From positions 16,742,001-16,806,000 of the forward strand of contig CM075988.1 in NCBI GenBank assembly GCA_038087875.1: 64,000 nt of DNA. The letters run 5' to 3'. Of this stretch, positions 11,791 to 25,510 are shown in pieces; the stretch's first letter is position 1, and every line of letters begins with the position of its first letter. Made by a program: the position numbers and the translations under genes. Below the pieces are notes generated by a model. It was given only the letters and a program-made list of their open reading frames with translations. It ran no database searches and was not told where the DNA came from. The DNA is from Malacoraja senta. Its lineage: Eukaryota.

Positions 11791-12244
11791 CAACTGATGC
11801 TAGCATATTGTGAGTAAAAAATCCTTGGTGGTCGCAGTGGGCAGAGCAACAGTGATTGCGTTAATCCCTGTGTTAATTGCACATGGTCTCACTCCTCTCC
11901 ATCTCTATGACCCCCCCTCTTCCTCTCCAATGCTCCACACTCCTCCAATTATGAACCTTTTCACACCTTGATATACTGGGAGTATCAATTGAGTGTCGTA
12001 CTTTCAGTTATAGAACTGAATCATGCTACCACAACTAAAGAGCAGTCCTGAACTACTATCTACCTCATTGGTAACCCTTGGACTATCTTTGGTTGCACTT
12101 TGCTGGCTTTAACTTGCACTAAATGTTATTCCCTTATCATGTATCTATACACTGTAAATGGCTTTCTGCTGACTAGTTAACACGCAACAAAAGCTTTTCA
12201 CTGTACCTCGGCACACGTGACAATAAGCTAAACTGTACTGAACA

Positions 12245-12500
12245 GAACATAGCACAGTACAGCACAGATATACAGTCGGCCTATTATCCCATAATGTCCA
12301 CGCCAAAAATAAACTAATCTTCTCTGCCTGCATGGGTTTCAAATCCTTGCATCCCCTACCCATGTGCCTATCCAAAAGCCTCTTGAAGGCCATTATTGTA
12401 ACTGCTTCCACAACTGCCCCTGACAGCACATTCCAGGCGCCCACCAGTGTCTGTGTAAAACAATTGTCCCGCACTTCTACTTTAAAGTTTTCCTTAAAGC
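12245..12500 (-). mobile_element. CR1 LINE 3' fragment
   Basis: FTQTLVGAWNVLSGAVVEAVTIMAFKRLLDRHM (CR1 ORF2 C-terminus). Confidence 0.75.
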
Positions 12501-13093
12501 TGAATCCTAAACTGGAGTTCCCATTCCACATCTTCCCAGTACCAGCTTGCAATCTGCTTAAACCTGCCTCTCTGTCCATGCTTTAAATTCACTTCATAGA
12601 CGGTCTTTGTATGGTTAACATCATTCTTACTTGCTGATGCTGTGTGAAACCATGAAGGACCATTCTACTGTGTTAAAGTCATTGTGGCTTAGAGTGGATT
12701 TGCAGTATCTTAAGGTTGGAGAAAGAACATTATGGTTGTCCAATGGCAAACACTGCGTATCGTGCTGGGGTGATTTTAAGACCAAGGAATCTAATTGTTG
12801 GACTGAATCCCAATACTCCATGTCTGGACCTACGTTTGACAAGCAAGGAAAATTATAGTCTATGTGACAAATTGTGCAGAGTATGTTGGTGCCATCTAGG
12901 TCAGCAGATAAACACAACAACACGTTGCTAGAAATTATGTGTCATCCAACATAGCAAGTCTGTGTGTCAGCAGTGAGGCTGCTCAGACACATGTGTGGAC
13001 TGTCAAATATCAATTCCACACAAACCGAGAAGGGGCAATTTAACAAATTGGAACTGCATGTTAATACTTCATATAGAATCGCATATAAGACAA

Positions 13094-13412
13094 AGGGTAG
13101 CACAGCTGGCAGAGCCACTGCCTCACAGTGCCACAAATATGGCTTTGATCTGACTTCAGCTGCTGTCGGTGTGGAGTTTGCGCCTTCTCCCTGTGACCGC
13201 GCGGGTTTCCTCCAGCTGCTTCGGCTTCCTCCTACATCCCACAGACGAGCGGGTTTGCAGATTAATTGGCCATTGTAAATTGGCTCTAGTGGGTAGGGAG
13301 GGAGTGGATGCAAAAGTGGGATAACACAAAACTAGTGTGAACAGGTGATTGATGGTTGGCTCGGTCTCGATGGGATGAAGGCCCTGTTTCCATGCTGTAT
13401 CTTTCAATCAAT
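13094..13412 (+). mobile_element. V-SINE
   Basis: tRNA head, V domain, (TCAA)n tail. Confidence 0.8.
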
Positions 13413-14309
13413 TAATAATTATTAATATAACATATACAAGGCTAAATCTGCTCTAGACTCCAAAGGTTTTGGTTGATTGTGTTGCTATGTTCAGTTATAA
13501 AGAGTGTTAGATACCTCATTGTGACTGTTGATGCAGACTGTGGGCTATTTGTGCATTAGTACAGCTGATGCCTAAATGATTTAATTGGGCTGAGGGGAAA
13601 TCGACCGGAATCAACTGAAATTATGTTGTTGTCACATATCATTGCATCATGTTTTAATTATTATCAAGTCCGCAGTGAACTGCGGTGAGATCTCGTCTCC
13701 CCTCCCCCCTAGAGGTAGGGGTCACTGTTAATCAACAGTAAGCCTATTAATGAGTTTTTTTCAAATCTTTTCATCTCACACCTTATATTTTTTCATCTCT
13801 GCCCCTTCTCCAATCATCTGTCCATCTATCACTCCCTGGACTTTATCCAGCCCCTGCTCTCTTCCAACTTTCTCACCTCACCCCCCCCCCCCCCCCCACC
13901 CACCCACCCCCTCGCAATCAATGTGAAGAAAAGGAGTCCTGACCTGAAACGTCATTTATTAATGTTCTCCAGATATGCTGCCTGACCCGTTGAGTTACTC
14001 CAGCACTCTGTGGCTTTTTCTATTAATCACACTGTTTCACCATCATTTTTATCTGAATGATTCCTCTGGAATTGGATTGTTCCTGCGGTATACAGTTGCT
14101 TCATACATATATCGGATCATGAAAGTTGTTGATATGAGTGTAATCACACAATTAAATGTTGTTTTGTTTCAAATATAGCTTCTATATTATGATAGGCAAG
14201 AGAAAAGATGTCAGCTTCTCAACATCCAAAAAATATTATGTCCATACAATCTGCGGTAAAATCATAATTTTATATGCTTAATGCATGTATAAAGGATATC
14301 TACAAATTC

Positions 14310-14545
14310 AAAGATAGACGCAAAATGGAGGAGTAACTCAATGGGTCTGGTAGCATCTCTGGAGACAAAGCATAGATGATGAATCGGGTTGGGACCCGTC
14401 TTCAGATGCTTCCCAATCTGAAGAAAGGACCCGGCCCGAAACGTCACCTATCCTTTTTCTCCCGAGATGCTGCCTGATCCGCTGAGTTACTCCACCATTT
14501 TGTGTCGACCTTTGGTATAAACCAGCATCTGCAGTTCTTTGTTTC
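14310..14545. mobile_element. PLE-derived inverted pair with hammerhead motif
   Basis: Minus copy 14310-14406 followed by plus copy ctgaagaaaggacccggcccgaaacgtcacc. Confidence 0.8.
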
Positions 14546-16549
14546 GATATCTTCGCATTCATCCTGCTTAGTTAGACTGGAAAAAAAAAAGTAATGCAAT
14601 TGTATTTCTCAACATCTGTGTGATAATGAATGCAACCAGTGTATCATTATGAAGACTCTGCCCTAGTCTAAGAGCAACAAGGATCAGATTGAATTCATGA
14701 TTTGTGTGCCTGCTGGCTAAAGCCTAGCTCCGAACTAACGGCACTTGGGGTGGGCAGGGGGGGGGGGGGGGGGGATCTCTATACTTGCATTCCTGCAAGT
14801 ATAGAGATCAAAATCACCTGAAATTGAACCCTCGTTTGCTTGCCCTCATCAAAGGCTTGATAAAATAATACTGCGGAGTTCTCTGTAACGAGAATGAATG
14901 GCAATTGACAAATGAACTTTGCTACAGGTGAAAAAATCTGTGCTGCCACTGAAATCTCATGCACCAGTGCATAGACGTGGACAAGTATGACTTAATATCA
15001 GCCCACACAAACAAGAGATGAAATAAGCACGTGGCTGCCATGAGATGCCAATATCTGTGATTTTCCAGATCCTTTTAGACAGAGCAATCCAGTGAAAGAA
15101 ATAGGTTCCTCGCCTGAATGAGCTCAATTGATTGTCCCAAACATGTTGTACTTCACATTACAACCTGAGGACTAATTGCAGGTAATTCATTCTGAGGTTT
15201 TACACCAGACTCAGAAACAGTGTGGGGATGTTTTCCTGGTCACCTTCTCTCGGTAGCATTATATGTCCCATATATTCACATCAGTGGATTGTGAAACAAA
15301 CGTCATTCCATTGAAATCACGGCCTGCATTTCAGGATGGTCATAAGAGCCTATGAGGCGGAAGGCCAGCAGGCTCTTCAAGCCTTCTCCTCTGTGAACCA
15401 TGTTCACTGGTCCAATGTTGTTCTCATCACACCTTTCCCCCTCTATCCCTTGACTCCCTTGGATTACAATCAGTCACACCCTCTCAGGAAATACATTTTT
15501 CCACATCTGTGTCTTAAATGTATTGCAATTCCATCATCTAGGAAGCTTTTGGATATGTCGGAAATTGGGGATATGGATCACGTGCAGACAGAGGAGATTA
15601 GTTTAACTTGGCATCAAGTTTAGCACAGACATTGTGGACCAAAGGGCCAGGTCCGGTGATGTGCACTTCTATATTGCATGTTCTAAACTGATGACCCTGT
15701 ATTCTGAAAATATGAGCCCTTGTACTAGTAACCCCAACATCACTGTGAGTATCCATTGTGTTCATTCTCCTTAGAATCTTATGTTTCAGTAAGATCATCT
15801 CTCATACGTTTAGACACCAATAAGTATCGGCCCAACCTACTTAACATCCTTCACACGTCAACCTCTTCATTCTAAGAATCGACCTTGTGAATCTTCTCTG
15901 CATGGCTTCCAATGCAAATAAATCCTTCTTTATTGTTGGAGACCGTACACAGTACTCCACATGCCACCTAAGCTGTGCTGTGTAAAAGTTGCCTGCCAAC
16001 GTACCTACTTTTATACTCCACGCCCCTTACAATGAAGTCCAATGTTCCAGTATTAAGCAATCCTTTAGGAGACCCTCTCTCAGGTTGGTCAGGCAGATCT
16101 GTTGATGAATGATGTTGGTCGCTGTGCGCCCTAACTGTTGAAATTTGATCCATTGGATTTAAGTGAAAACAAACTGCAGGGAGAACTCAGTGGAGCAGGC
16201 AGTATCTGTGAATCGAAATGGACAGACGATGTTTCACATCGGGACTCTTCAGCAGACTAATGGAGCAGAGGGGAGATGGTTGGTAGATTAAAGTGAGGGA
16301 AGAGGTGAGGCAAGAGCTAGCAACTGATGAAGCAAGGTGAGAACGTTTTAATTTCAAGATGAGTCAGGCGGGGGGAAAAGGGTGGAGATGATACCCAAAT
16401 CTGGAGGTGATAAGTGGTTTAAAGCGTGACACTGGTGTCTGGGTCTAAGGAGCACCATTCTTAAGGGACATAAACTAATTTAACACCCACTCTTGGCTCG
16501 ATTGCATTTGTTAAATAGAGCACCAATTATCAAATGAGCCAGGTAAATT

Positions 16550-16865
16550 AAGTGGGAGGGCAGGGGAGTGAGGGTGTAGGGAACTGAGAGAGCGAGGGGC
16601 TGAGAAGGAGAGGAGTTGAGAGACTGAAGGAGTGATGGGATAAGTAGTTGGCCTCGTAATAGGGGAGTGGTTGGGAGCTGAGCTGAGGGAGGGGAAAAGC
16701 AAGAGAGTAAAAGGGTAGATGAGCAAAGGGTGGGAGACAGTGGAGGGAAGGAGTGCTGTGAGGGAGAGAGCAAGGTGGAGAAGGGAGGGAGTGGGTGAGG
16801 GATTGGAGGTGTGGAAGGATAGATGGAGAGGGAAGGAGAGATAGGGTCGGATGAGGAGTGGGTTA
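16550..16865 (+). repeat. GA-rich low-complexity tract
   Basis: Polypurine composition. Confidence 0.7.
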
Positions 16866-17272
16866 GTGAAGTCAAGTCAAGAGTGTTTTATTGTCATATG
16901 TCCCAGATAGAACAATGACATTCTTCCTTGCTGCAGCACAACTGAATATGTAAACATAGTATGATATGATACTGATTACCCAGGAGAGTGCTAGAGGTGA
17001 TAAGTGGGTGAGTGTGAATCAGCGGAAGTGACAAGAAAAGCAATATCAATCTATCCACCAGAGAGTACACATTTTGAGATTATTCGATTAATTTTTTAAA
17101 TGAAAAAGATACTGGTGAGTTTATTTGAAATAAAGACTGTTATTTTCTTTCAGAAGCTTAAAAGAGCGGGGAGCAGGCAAAGAAATCCAGCCACATCTAC
17201 TCAAAGTGCAATTGTCCATCCTGGCAATTGATCATGAGTAGATTTTGATGGTTTAATTTGGAGATGGTAAGC

Positions 17273-17578
17273 TTAGTTTAGTTTAGAGAGCATGGAACAG
17301 GCCATTTGGCCCACCAAGCCCATGCCGACCATTTATCACCCTATGTTATCCACTTTTCACATCCACAACCTACACACTAGGGTCAAGTTACAGAGGGTGA
17401 TTAACCTACAAACTTGCACATCTATGGTGATGTGGGAGGAAACCGGCACACCTGGAGGAAACCCACAGGGTCACAGGGAAAACAGGCAAACTCCACACGG
17501 ACAGCACCTGAGGTCAGGATCGAACCCGGTCTTTGGCGCTGAGAGGTAGCAGCTCTACTAGTTGCGCCACTGTTCCAC
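17273..17578 (-). mobile_element. V-SINE
   Basis: Tail, V domain and tRNA head in reverse complement. Confidence 0.85.
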
Positions 17579-18139
17579 CACTAGTTCCAAACAACTCCCA
17601 CCTGCCACTATACCCCCAGCGTAGGCAAACACAACATTTGGTGTGCAAGACCACGATGAGGCTTTAACATGAGATAGAAAAAGAAAGAGAGTATGTATGT
17701 TAGGGAACAAGAGATGTTAATACGTTTTTCCCAAATGTTATTTTCATATTTCTTTAAAATATATATTATTCAGGCTTCAAGCATTTGACAGATTCCCTGA
17801 GTTTTTTTTATTGGACATATTCCTTTTGAACATTTAAAAATATATATCTCATATAATGCAGGTGCAACTTGGAGATTTCTGACTAAAATCCCTCTCCAAA
17901 AAGTAAAGCTGGGTCCTTACACTCGCATCTAAAGAGGTTGGAGTTTTCATTATCGTGGGATTATGCCATACCCCAGCAATTTGATGTGGCATTCTAGATT
18001 TTGTTCAAAATATGTCCTGCAATATTAATGACCAAGGCTTTGCTAAAGATCATTTCAACAATTAAATAGGATGGTGAAGAAGTTTTTTGTTGAATGTGGT
18101 TGTGCGTCAGGATGAAGAACCCTCCAATACTAAGCCAAA

Positions 18140-18720
18140 AGGTTGTCAGTTCAAATATCATCCAAGAGTCTCAATGTAAGCTTCCAATACCACGTGCGAC
18201 TGCAGGAGTGCCACATTGTTGGAGGAGCCATATTTTTGAATGAATCATTAAATCAAGCCCATATTTACTCCCTAAACATAGACAATCCGAACAACCCTAT
18301 GCCAAAGAAAACTATTAGAGTTAGCCCAGTGATCAGTCAGATATTTATTCTTCATCTAACATCACTTAGCAATGTAGAAACAAGAAACTGCAGATACTTG
18401 TTTACAGAAAGAGATACAAAAGGCTGGAGTAACTCAGCAGGTCAGGCAGCATCCGTGAAGAATATGGATAGGTAACATTTCGGGTCAGGACCCTTCTACA
18501 GTCCGAAGAAGAGTCCTGACCCGGAACGTCACTTATCCATATTCTTCATGGATGCTGCCTGACCTGTTGAATTACTCCAGAACTTTGTATCACTCAGCAA
18601 TGAACTGGTCTTAACATCCATCTGTTGCTAGCATCTCACTGTTCAGAAATACTTCAATGGCCTTAAAGCACACCGGAGTGCCCTGAAGTTGTGAAAGACT
18701 GTGTAGAAATGCAGCTTCTA
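18140..18720 (+). mobile_element. Ancient Deu-domain SINE relic interrupted by a PLE pair
   Basis: ggagtgccacattgttggaggagcc...gatatttattcttcatctaacatcac...gtgaaagactgtgtagaaatgcagc. Confidence 0.5.
18375..18588. mobile_element. PLE-derived inverted pair with TSD
   Basis: Fold-back arms; flanks atcacttagcaatg / atcactcagcaatg. Confidence 0.8.
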
Positions 18721-20620
18721 TATCTCTAATATATCACGACTGGTACCGCCTGCAGCCTATAACTAACCAAAGGGTGAATGATAATCATGCCCGTCTGACT
18801 TTGGACAGATGTTCAGGGTGAGATTTTGAAAGAGGGATTCTACCCTGAAACATATCTGAACAGGGGTGGAACAAAGAGAACCGTGGAGGAGAACAGACAC
18901 ATAGGAAAGATAAAAATGGATGGATTTTCATCGGGTCAGTTGCAATGGGGCAACTCACCTTCCCCCATACATTGAACATGGTGATCCTTTATTATTGCTG
19001 TAGTGGAGAGGGATGGGAGAAGTGAGAAGACCAAAACTGTGAGAGATTCAACCACAGTTCCATATAGCATGTTATGTAGAGGCATTAATGGGGGTCAGAG
19101 AGCAACATCACTCCATTAGGTGTTGGTAGAGTAGTGGAAGAAATCGATTTGAAAAGTCAATCTTCAATCCATTTCAAATGATTTTTCTATCCAATGCTGA
19201 CAGGACCACACTTTGTTTACATACCATGATCAATTACTTGAGCTGCTCAGATTTCCATCAATCAATGGCTCTCTCATTTTGTTTTCTTGTTTCTTGACTT
19301 GAGAATATGATCACAAGCCTTCTCCTCCGCCTTTCAAGCCTTCTGCACTCCCGTATAAAACCATGTCTGCCTCACTCATATCTCTGATCTCCATCTTTTC
19401 TATGATGTCCTTTCAGTTTCCTTCCTGCCCAAAAATCTACTCTCTCTCTTGAATACTTTTAATGAAATCCTAAATGTCTTATCCTTTATTCCAAACCTGT
19501 GACAATACCTTCCTCAGTAACTATGCTGAACCAGTAGAATCATCCATGTAGCACTAACAAGTACCTTAACGGTTTCATGATATCTCTTCTTTCTTCAAAA
19601 CCTGTGGGAATATGGGCCTAGTCTATTTACATTCTCCTCAATGGACAATCCTCTCATTCTAGACATCGGCCGAGTGAATGCTTTAAAGGCCTGTCCCACA
19701 AACACGATTTTTTCGGCAACTTGCCGGCACCCGTCATAGTTGTAGCAGGTCACCGAAACGTGTTGAAAATCCAGCTGCGACCAGAAAAAGGTACGACTCT
19801 TTGGATTACTACTCACGACCATACAGGCGTCTCTCCAAGTAAATCTTTTCTTCTTCAAGAAGGAGTCCAAAACATACAACTTCAAATCAAGATTTTTAAA
19901 TAACATCACTAAGCCTTCTTCACTTTCCTAATCCCATCCTTGTGTAATAAAGGCAAACATATCGCTTCCTTTCTTAAATGCTGTAAATTCCCCGAGAATC
20001 AACGTTTCACAGTCCGTTGCCTTTTCCGCTATTCTGATTTACTTTCCTACTTGCTATGATACAGCTTCAGTGACCCAGGTTCAACTCTGACCTAGGTTGT
20101 GTGGAGTTGGGACATTCTCCCTGTGACTGCATGGGTTTCCTCTGGGTGCTCCATTTTACCTCCCAATATCCCAAAGACTTGCGAGTCGGCAGGTGAATTA
20201 GCCCACAGAAATGACTCTGGTGAGTAGCTGAGTGGTAGAATCTTGGGACGGGAGGGTGGGGGGGAATGTGGGGAGAATAAAATTGGATTAGTAGTTGGCA
20301 CAGGCACGATGGTCTGAAGAGGCTGTTTCCATTCTGTGTGACTCTATAAAATTGTTAATCCTCTGTGCCCCAAAGAAACAAATATTAGCTTATTCAATCT
20401 GTCCTCATTGCTCCAGTTTCTCAGTTCTAGCAATATCTTCCAAAATCTCTGCAGTACAAGCATATCTTTCCCTAAAAGCACTTAGAACCCTGTACAGTAC
20501 TCAAACTGTGGCCAATCTAGTGCTATGCACAGTTCCTGCATAATCACCCTGCTCTCTTACACATGTTATCAAGGAATGTTCCCTATGCCTTGTTTCCCTG
20601 TCCAGCTACCACTAAATACA

Positions 20621-20759
20621 CCTTGCCCTTCCATATCTCTAGTCTCATGCTCTCCTGACTCTCAGTCTGAGGAAGGGTCTCGACCCGAAACGTCACCCAT
20701 TCCTTCTCTCCAGAGATGCTGCCTGTCCCGCTGAGTTACCCCAGCATTTTGCATCTACT
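20621..20759 (+). mobile_element. Short PLE-derived unit with TSD
   Basis: TSD actaaataca (20611-20620, 20760-20769). Confidence 0.8.
20665..20698 (+). ncRNA. Minimal hammerhead ribozyme motif
   Basis: GT-CTGAGGA-A-GGGT(CTCG)ACCC-GAAAC-GTC-AC. Confidence 0.7.
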
Positions 20760-21221
20760 ACTAAATACAGCTCATTACAGTCAACCAACCCGTTTTTGAC
20801 ATGGATATCCCCACTGTCTGTTTTGTATCCATTAACATGTCCTCAATCTATGTCATTACCACAATGGAATGAAATATAATCTTGTTTAATAACCTTGCGT
20901 GGTGTTTCATTAAATGCCTTTTTATGGCCAAATGCACTGCTCCTGTTGCTTTCCTCACATCCACCACACTGGTTACAATCTCAATCAGCTTTTAGAAATT
21001 CATGTTGATTCCATCTGATCATTTTACAATTTACCTGCCTTGTCAATACATCCCAAATAATAGATTCTAAACATGCCCCTGCTACTGACGCTGGCTCACG
21101 CTCCTTCCTTTCTAAAACTAGCTGGGCTCTATATTTTTTTGCCTTCCAAGTATCATTCTAAAATCTAGGGAATGCAGGAAGATCAGATCTAACACAAACA
21201 CTATGTTTCATCTGAAGATGA

Positions 21222-21560
21222 AAGAACCGGGGGTCTTACCTCCCGCGCCTCGAGGTCGGCTGAGGGAGGGGTCTCCCTCGGGGAACGAGGGGTGGAGAGG
21301 GCCGGGCGAGGAGAGGGACGCCAGATCACGGGACGACCAAAATGGAGGCGACGGCTGCAATGGGCCTTTGTGGGACTGTAAAATGGTGCCATATTGGCAC
21401 CCCTTGAATATGGACTCATTGGGCCGTTCAATACATCTGTACTGACCAGGGTGATTGTGTTTATGTACGGGGATAGACTGTTTGCAAAAGATTTATTTCA
21501 CTATGTATTTCACAAGTGTATAGCAGGTACACGTGACAAGAAAGAAACCATTGAACATTG
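21222..21560 (+). mobile_element. GC-rich non-coding retroposon fragment with LINE-like 3' end
   Basis: CpG-rich 5' part; 3' caaaag...tttcact...tacacgtgacaa as in Rex-type tails in this window. Confidence 0.5.
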
Positions 21561-21841
21561 TATGTAGGCCATCAGATTCAGTGGATTAGTTGTGTTTTTT
21601 TTATTCGCATTAGTTTCAACAATTCTATTTTTTTTCTAACACATGCTCTTTCAGTTTTTCATTACCACTCGACTATTTCTGGAATTTATTTTGGTCTGTC
21701 ATGACACAGATAGAAATGCCTAGAAACTGATAGCTTCAATGAATATGAATTTCAGAATCAAGATAAACACAGCCTCTGATATGTATCAGACTCAGTGCTA
21801 TGGATCAGAAGTGAACTTCTAGGCATAATGATATTAACGTT

Positions 21842-21951
21842 TAAGATTAAGATCAATCTGAGGAAGGGTTTCGGCCCGAAACGTCATCTATTTCCTTCGC
21901 TCCATAGATGCTGCCTCACTCGCTGAGTTTCTCCAGCATTTTTGTCTACCT
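21842..21951 (+). mobile_element. Short PLE-derived unit with 14-bp TSD and intact hammerhead core (21856-21887)
   Basis: TSD atgatattaacgtt (21828-21841, 21952-21965); CTGAGGAAGGGTTTCGGCCCGAAACGTC. Confidence 0.85.
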
Positions 21952-22024
21952 ATGATATTAACGTTAGTTGACTCCGTTTCGCTTAATGCCCCATTTATAT
22001 TTCTCCCTGCTTGTTCGTAACATT

Positions 22025-22435
22025 GACTGGAATTTAGAAGGATGAGAAGGGATCTTATAGAAACATATAAAATTCTTAAGGGATTGGAGAGGCTAGAAGA
22101 AAGAAATATGTTCCTGATGTTGGGGGTCCAGAACCAGGGCTCACAGTGTAAGAATAAGGGGTAGGCCATTTAGGGCTGAGATGAGGAAAAACCTTTTCAC
22201 CCTGAGAGTTGTGGATCTGTGGAATTCTCTGCCACAGAAGGTAGTGGAGGCCAATTCACTGGATGTTTTCAAGGGGAAGTTAGATATAGCTCTTAGGGCT
22301 AATGGAAACAAGGAATATGGGGAGAAAGCAGGAATGGGGTACTGACTTTGGATGATCAGCCATGAACATATTGAATGGTGGTGCTGGCTCGAAGGGCCGA
22401 ATGGCCTACTCCTGCACCTATTTTCTATGTTTCAA
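22025..22435 (+). mobile_element. CR1 (HER1-like) LINE 3' end
   Basis: LEFRRMRRDLIETYKIL..., ggctcgaagggccgaatggcctactcctgc 3' UTR. Confidence 0.9.
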
Positions 22436-23049
22436 TGTAACAACATTCAAGAATGTTTTGGTTGATGGTTCTGCTATTTCTTTATTCGTCCATTCTCACC
22501 TCTACCTACCCATGTTCATTTTTGTCAATCTTTAATTTTCTATCTCCAGGGCTTTTTTATAATGTTTTAATCCCTTTGCTTGTATTCTGCTACATTAAAT
22601 TTGGGCTCTTTAACAATTCTTTGATCGCGATTTGATGACTTTCTCCTCATTCACTGGCACTTCTGAACAATGAAACCTTTCTTTTTATTCTGAGCTTCTC
22701 TCATTCACCATTTTTAGACACTTGCCCTGTGGGTTTTGTATTCCTTCAAGTGTACTCATTGGAGATTCTGAATTATTTCTTTATACATTTGCCAATGTTT
22801 ATCCACCATCTAATCTTTTAATCTAGTGTTCCCGGTATGATTATTTTCTTGCCTTGCGGGAACTAACTTCCTTGGAGATCTGAGACTGGGTGCCCCTGGT
22901 ATTATTTTATAGCATTTCCTAACAATTTCCTTAAAAAACAATCATCAGCCAACTAACATATAAGATGCAATAATAAACAAAAATATGAAAGGATATTAAC
23001 TTAATTCAACTTTGTTTCATTCAATGCCCCAATTATATTTTCTCCCTGC

Positions 23050-23298
23050 AAAATACAAAGTGCTGAAGCAACTCAGCGAGTCAATCAGCATGACTGGAGG
23101 TAATGGATGGGAGACTTTTCGGGTCGGGACTTTTCTTCAGAGGCTGAAGAAGTGTCTTGAAAAATCGCCTCTCTCTCTCTGAAGAAGGTCCGACTTGAAA
23201 CGCCGCCAATCTTTTCCCCCCCACAAATGCTGCCTGACCTGCAGTATTACTCCAGCACTCTGTCATAAGACTCCAGCATCTGCAGTCCCTTGTGTCTC
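23050..23298. mobile_element. Degenerate PLE-derived inverted pair
   Basis: Family motifs on both strands. Confidence 0.65.
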
Positions 23299-24319
23299 TA
23301 TAATTCTCCTTGGATATTTTCTAACCACGTTCTTGAAAACAACCTTTCAGTCCAGTGAGCTTCCGTTCCTGGAAATCCTAGCTCGTGTCAATTTCATTTT
23401 CTTGAATAAGAAAGAGGGGATGAGGAAGTATTTCAGAGTCGGGCAAGAACGAAATGAAGATAAATGCTCTGACCATTGATTGCAACCCAGTAAATTTTAA
23501 TTTAACATCAGATACAACCCATGCTAAACTGGCTGGACTGCTAGATACAAGGATTTTTTTTTTAAATGTGCCCGTAACCAGTAACAACATTGAGCACTGT
23601 AAGACAGATAATGTAACTTGTCCAAAAGCCTCAAAGACAAGCCTCCTACTGTTCATTCTGATGGTTTCATTCACTCTATGGCTGCAGTTTGTATTTGAGA
23701 GGCTCAGAAGGCAGCCGCACAGGAAGATGTACAGCTGGAATTCTAAACCGGGATCAACCTGTGACATTTTTATAATCCCAATAGTCTTCTCTCTGCAGAT
23801 GAACAATGTAAGACATGAAATATTGGCATATTCCTATTCTCACTCTCATTACAACCTCTCTGCCACACTAATGCTATTTTTTCCATTACCCAGTGCAGCA
23901 ATGTAGAGACATTCATTAACAGCCTTGTACCTTGATGCACATTTGGAGCCCGCAGTACATCTGTCCTGACACTTCACTGTAATATTATGTTAAATGATAA
24001 CTATCCTCCAGGCTAATATTACCCTGCTTTTTGAATGTGCATAATAAAGACAAATGCAATTGTTCTTTTTCGTTCAGTGCACAGAATTTGTTCATTAGTT
24101 AACAGGTTGGAATGGAGTTTGTATTATTGAAGTCAATCTATAATGATCCGAGCTAATTGTGCTTCTCTGCTAACTACATCTCCACATTTGGGATTAGGAT
24201 GGGCTTCACTGCTCTCAGGCTAATGAGGAAAACATTGCGTTTTTTGCAATCCAGCATGCACACACAATTCCCACAAGGTTGACCAACCCAATGCCTAGAC
24301 TCAATGACCAACCCAATGC

Positions 24320-24715
24320 CAAGAATGAGGGGGATCCAATTGAAACTTGGATACTGAATGGCTTGAATATAGTGGATGTGGAGAGGATGTTAGTGAGAAG
24401 TGAGAGAGTCTAGGACTAAAGGTCATAGCCTCAGCTTTAAAGGACGTTATTTTAGGAAGGAGATGAGGAGGAATTTAGTTAGTCAGAGGGTGGTGAATCT
24501 GTGGAATTCTTTGCCACAGAAGGCTGCGGAGGCCTAGTCAATGGATATTTTTAAGTCAGAGATAGATATATTCTTGATTAGTACGGGTGTCAGGGGTTAT
24601 GGGGAGAAGGTAGGAGAATGGGGTTAGGAGGGGAGAGATAGATCAGCCATGGTTGAATGGCGGAGTAGACTTGATGGGTTGAATGGTCTAAATCTGTTCC
24701 TATCACTTGTGACCT
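24320..24715 (+). mobile_element. CR1 LINE 3' end
   Basis: gagggtggtgaatctgtggaattctttgccacagaaggc; same family as 41900-42340. Confidence 0.85.
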
Positions 24716-24959
24716 GTGGTCAAGGAAAGAGCGTCCATGTCGCGGCCCTGTTTCCACCAATCTTTCCACCACCACGCACAAGAAGCACAAGAAGCGCAAA
24801 ACAGACCCCATTGTAGCCAGATGCTGAGAAGTGTGTTCAACTCTGGCTGAACAACTTCTAATCTTGTATGTGGACTCGATAAGAAGAAGACTTACGACCT
24901 GATGACAGCAGTTGGTTACCTCAGTTCTCTCAGCCCAACACTCCATTACATTTACACAC

Positions 24960-25510
24960 ATGGTTTAGATTTATTATTATATATAAAGTACAGCCAAAAG
25001 CTATCTTTTGCATGCAATACAAACAGATCAGAATATACCAAACATCGATACAATCATGTCAAACTTATGTACAAAAGATGGAGCAAATGGGAAGATACAG
25101 AGTGCAGAATATAGCTCTCAGCATTGTAGCGCATCAGTTGCAAAGACAAAGTCCAATGTCCACAATGAGGTAGAGGTGCATTGGACAGTATCCTAGTTTA
25201 TGGAAGGACCGTTCAGGAGCCTGAATACAGAGAGGACGAGACTATTCCCGAATATGATGATGTGTACTTTCAAGCTTCTGTACTTTCTGCCGGATGGGAG
25301 CAGGGAGAAGAAGGAAGGACCGGGTTGGGACAAGACTTTGATTAACGTCAGCTGCTTTTTTGAGGCTGCATGTCGTGTACATGGAGTCAATGGTGGGAAG
25401 TCTGGTCGGTGATGGACTGGGTACATCTACATCTTTCTAGAATTTATTGCGGTCTTGGGCAAAGCTGTTCCCAAATTAAGCTGTGATCCAATCCGACAGT
25501 ATGCGTTTTA
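24960..25510 (-). mobile_element. Rex/Babar LINE 3' fragment
   Basis: FFSLLPSGRKYRSLKVH...FRLLN motif. Confidence 0.8.

Noticed and set aside
12631..12708. Possible 78-nt minus-strand exon ending at a GTAAGA donor
   Set aside because: Weak AAG acceptor and unrecognised peptide
13705..13722. CTCF-like CCCCTAGAGGTAGG
   Set aside because: Mismatches at core positions; insufficient support
16480..16875. Pro/Ser/Leu-rich ORFs here and at 27026-27550
   Set aside because: Artefacts of GA-rich low-complexity DNA
19683..19835. ttaaaggcctgtcccac... resembling a Harbinger/Kolobok-type MITE end
   Set aside because: No matching right TIR found; at most a truncated fragment, so not called
23378..23906. 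Overlapping 142 and 150 aa ORFs with a hydrophobic stretch; also a possible 9-nt plus-strand microexon at 23799-23807
   Set aside because: No recognisable protein motif and no supporting neighbouring exons; cannot be distinguished from chance
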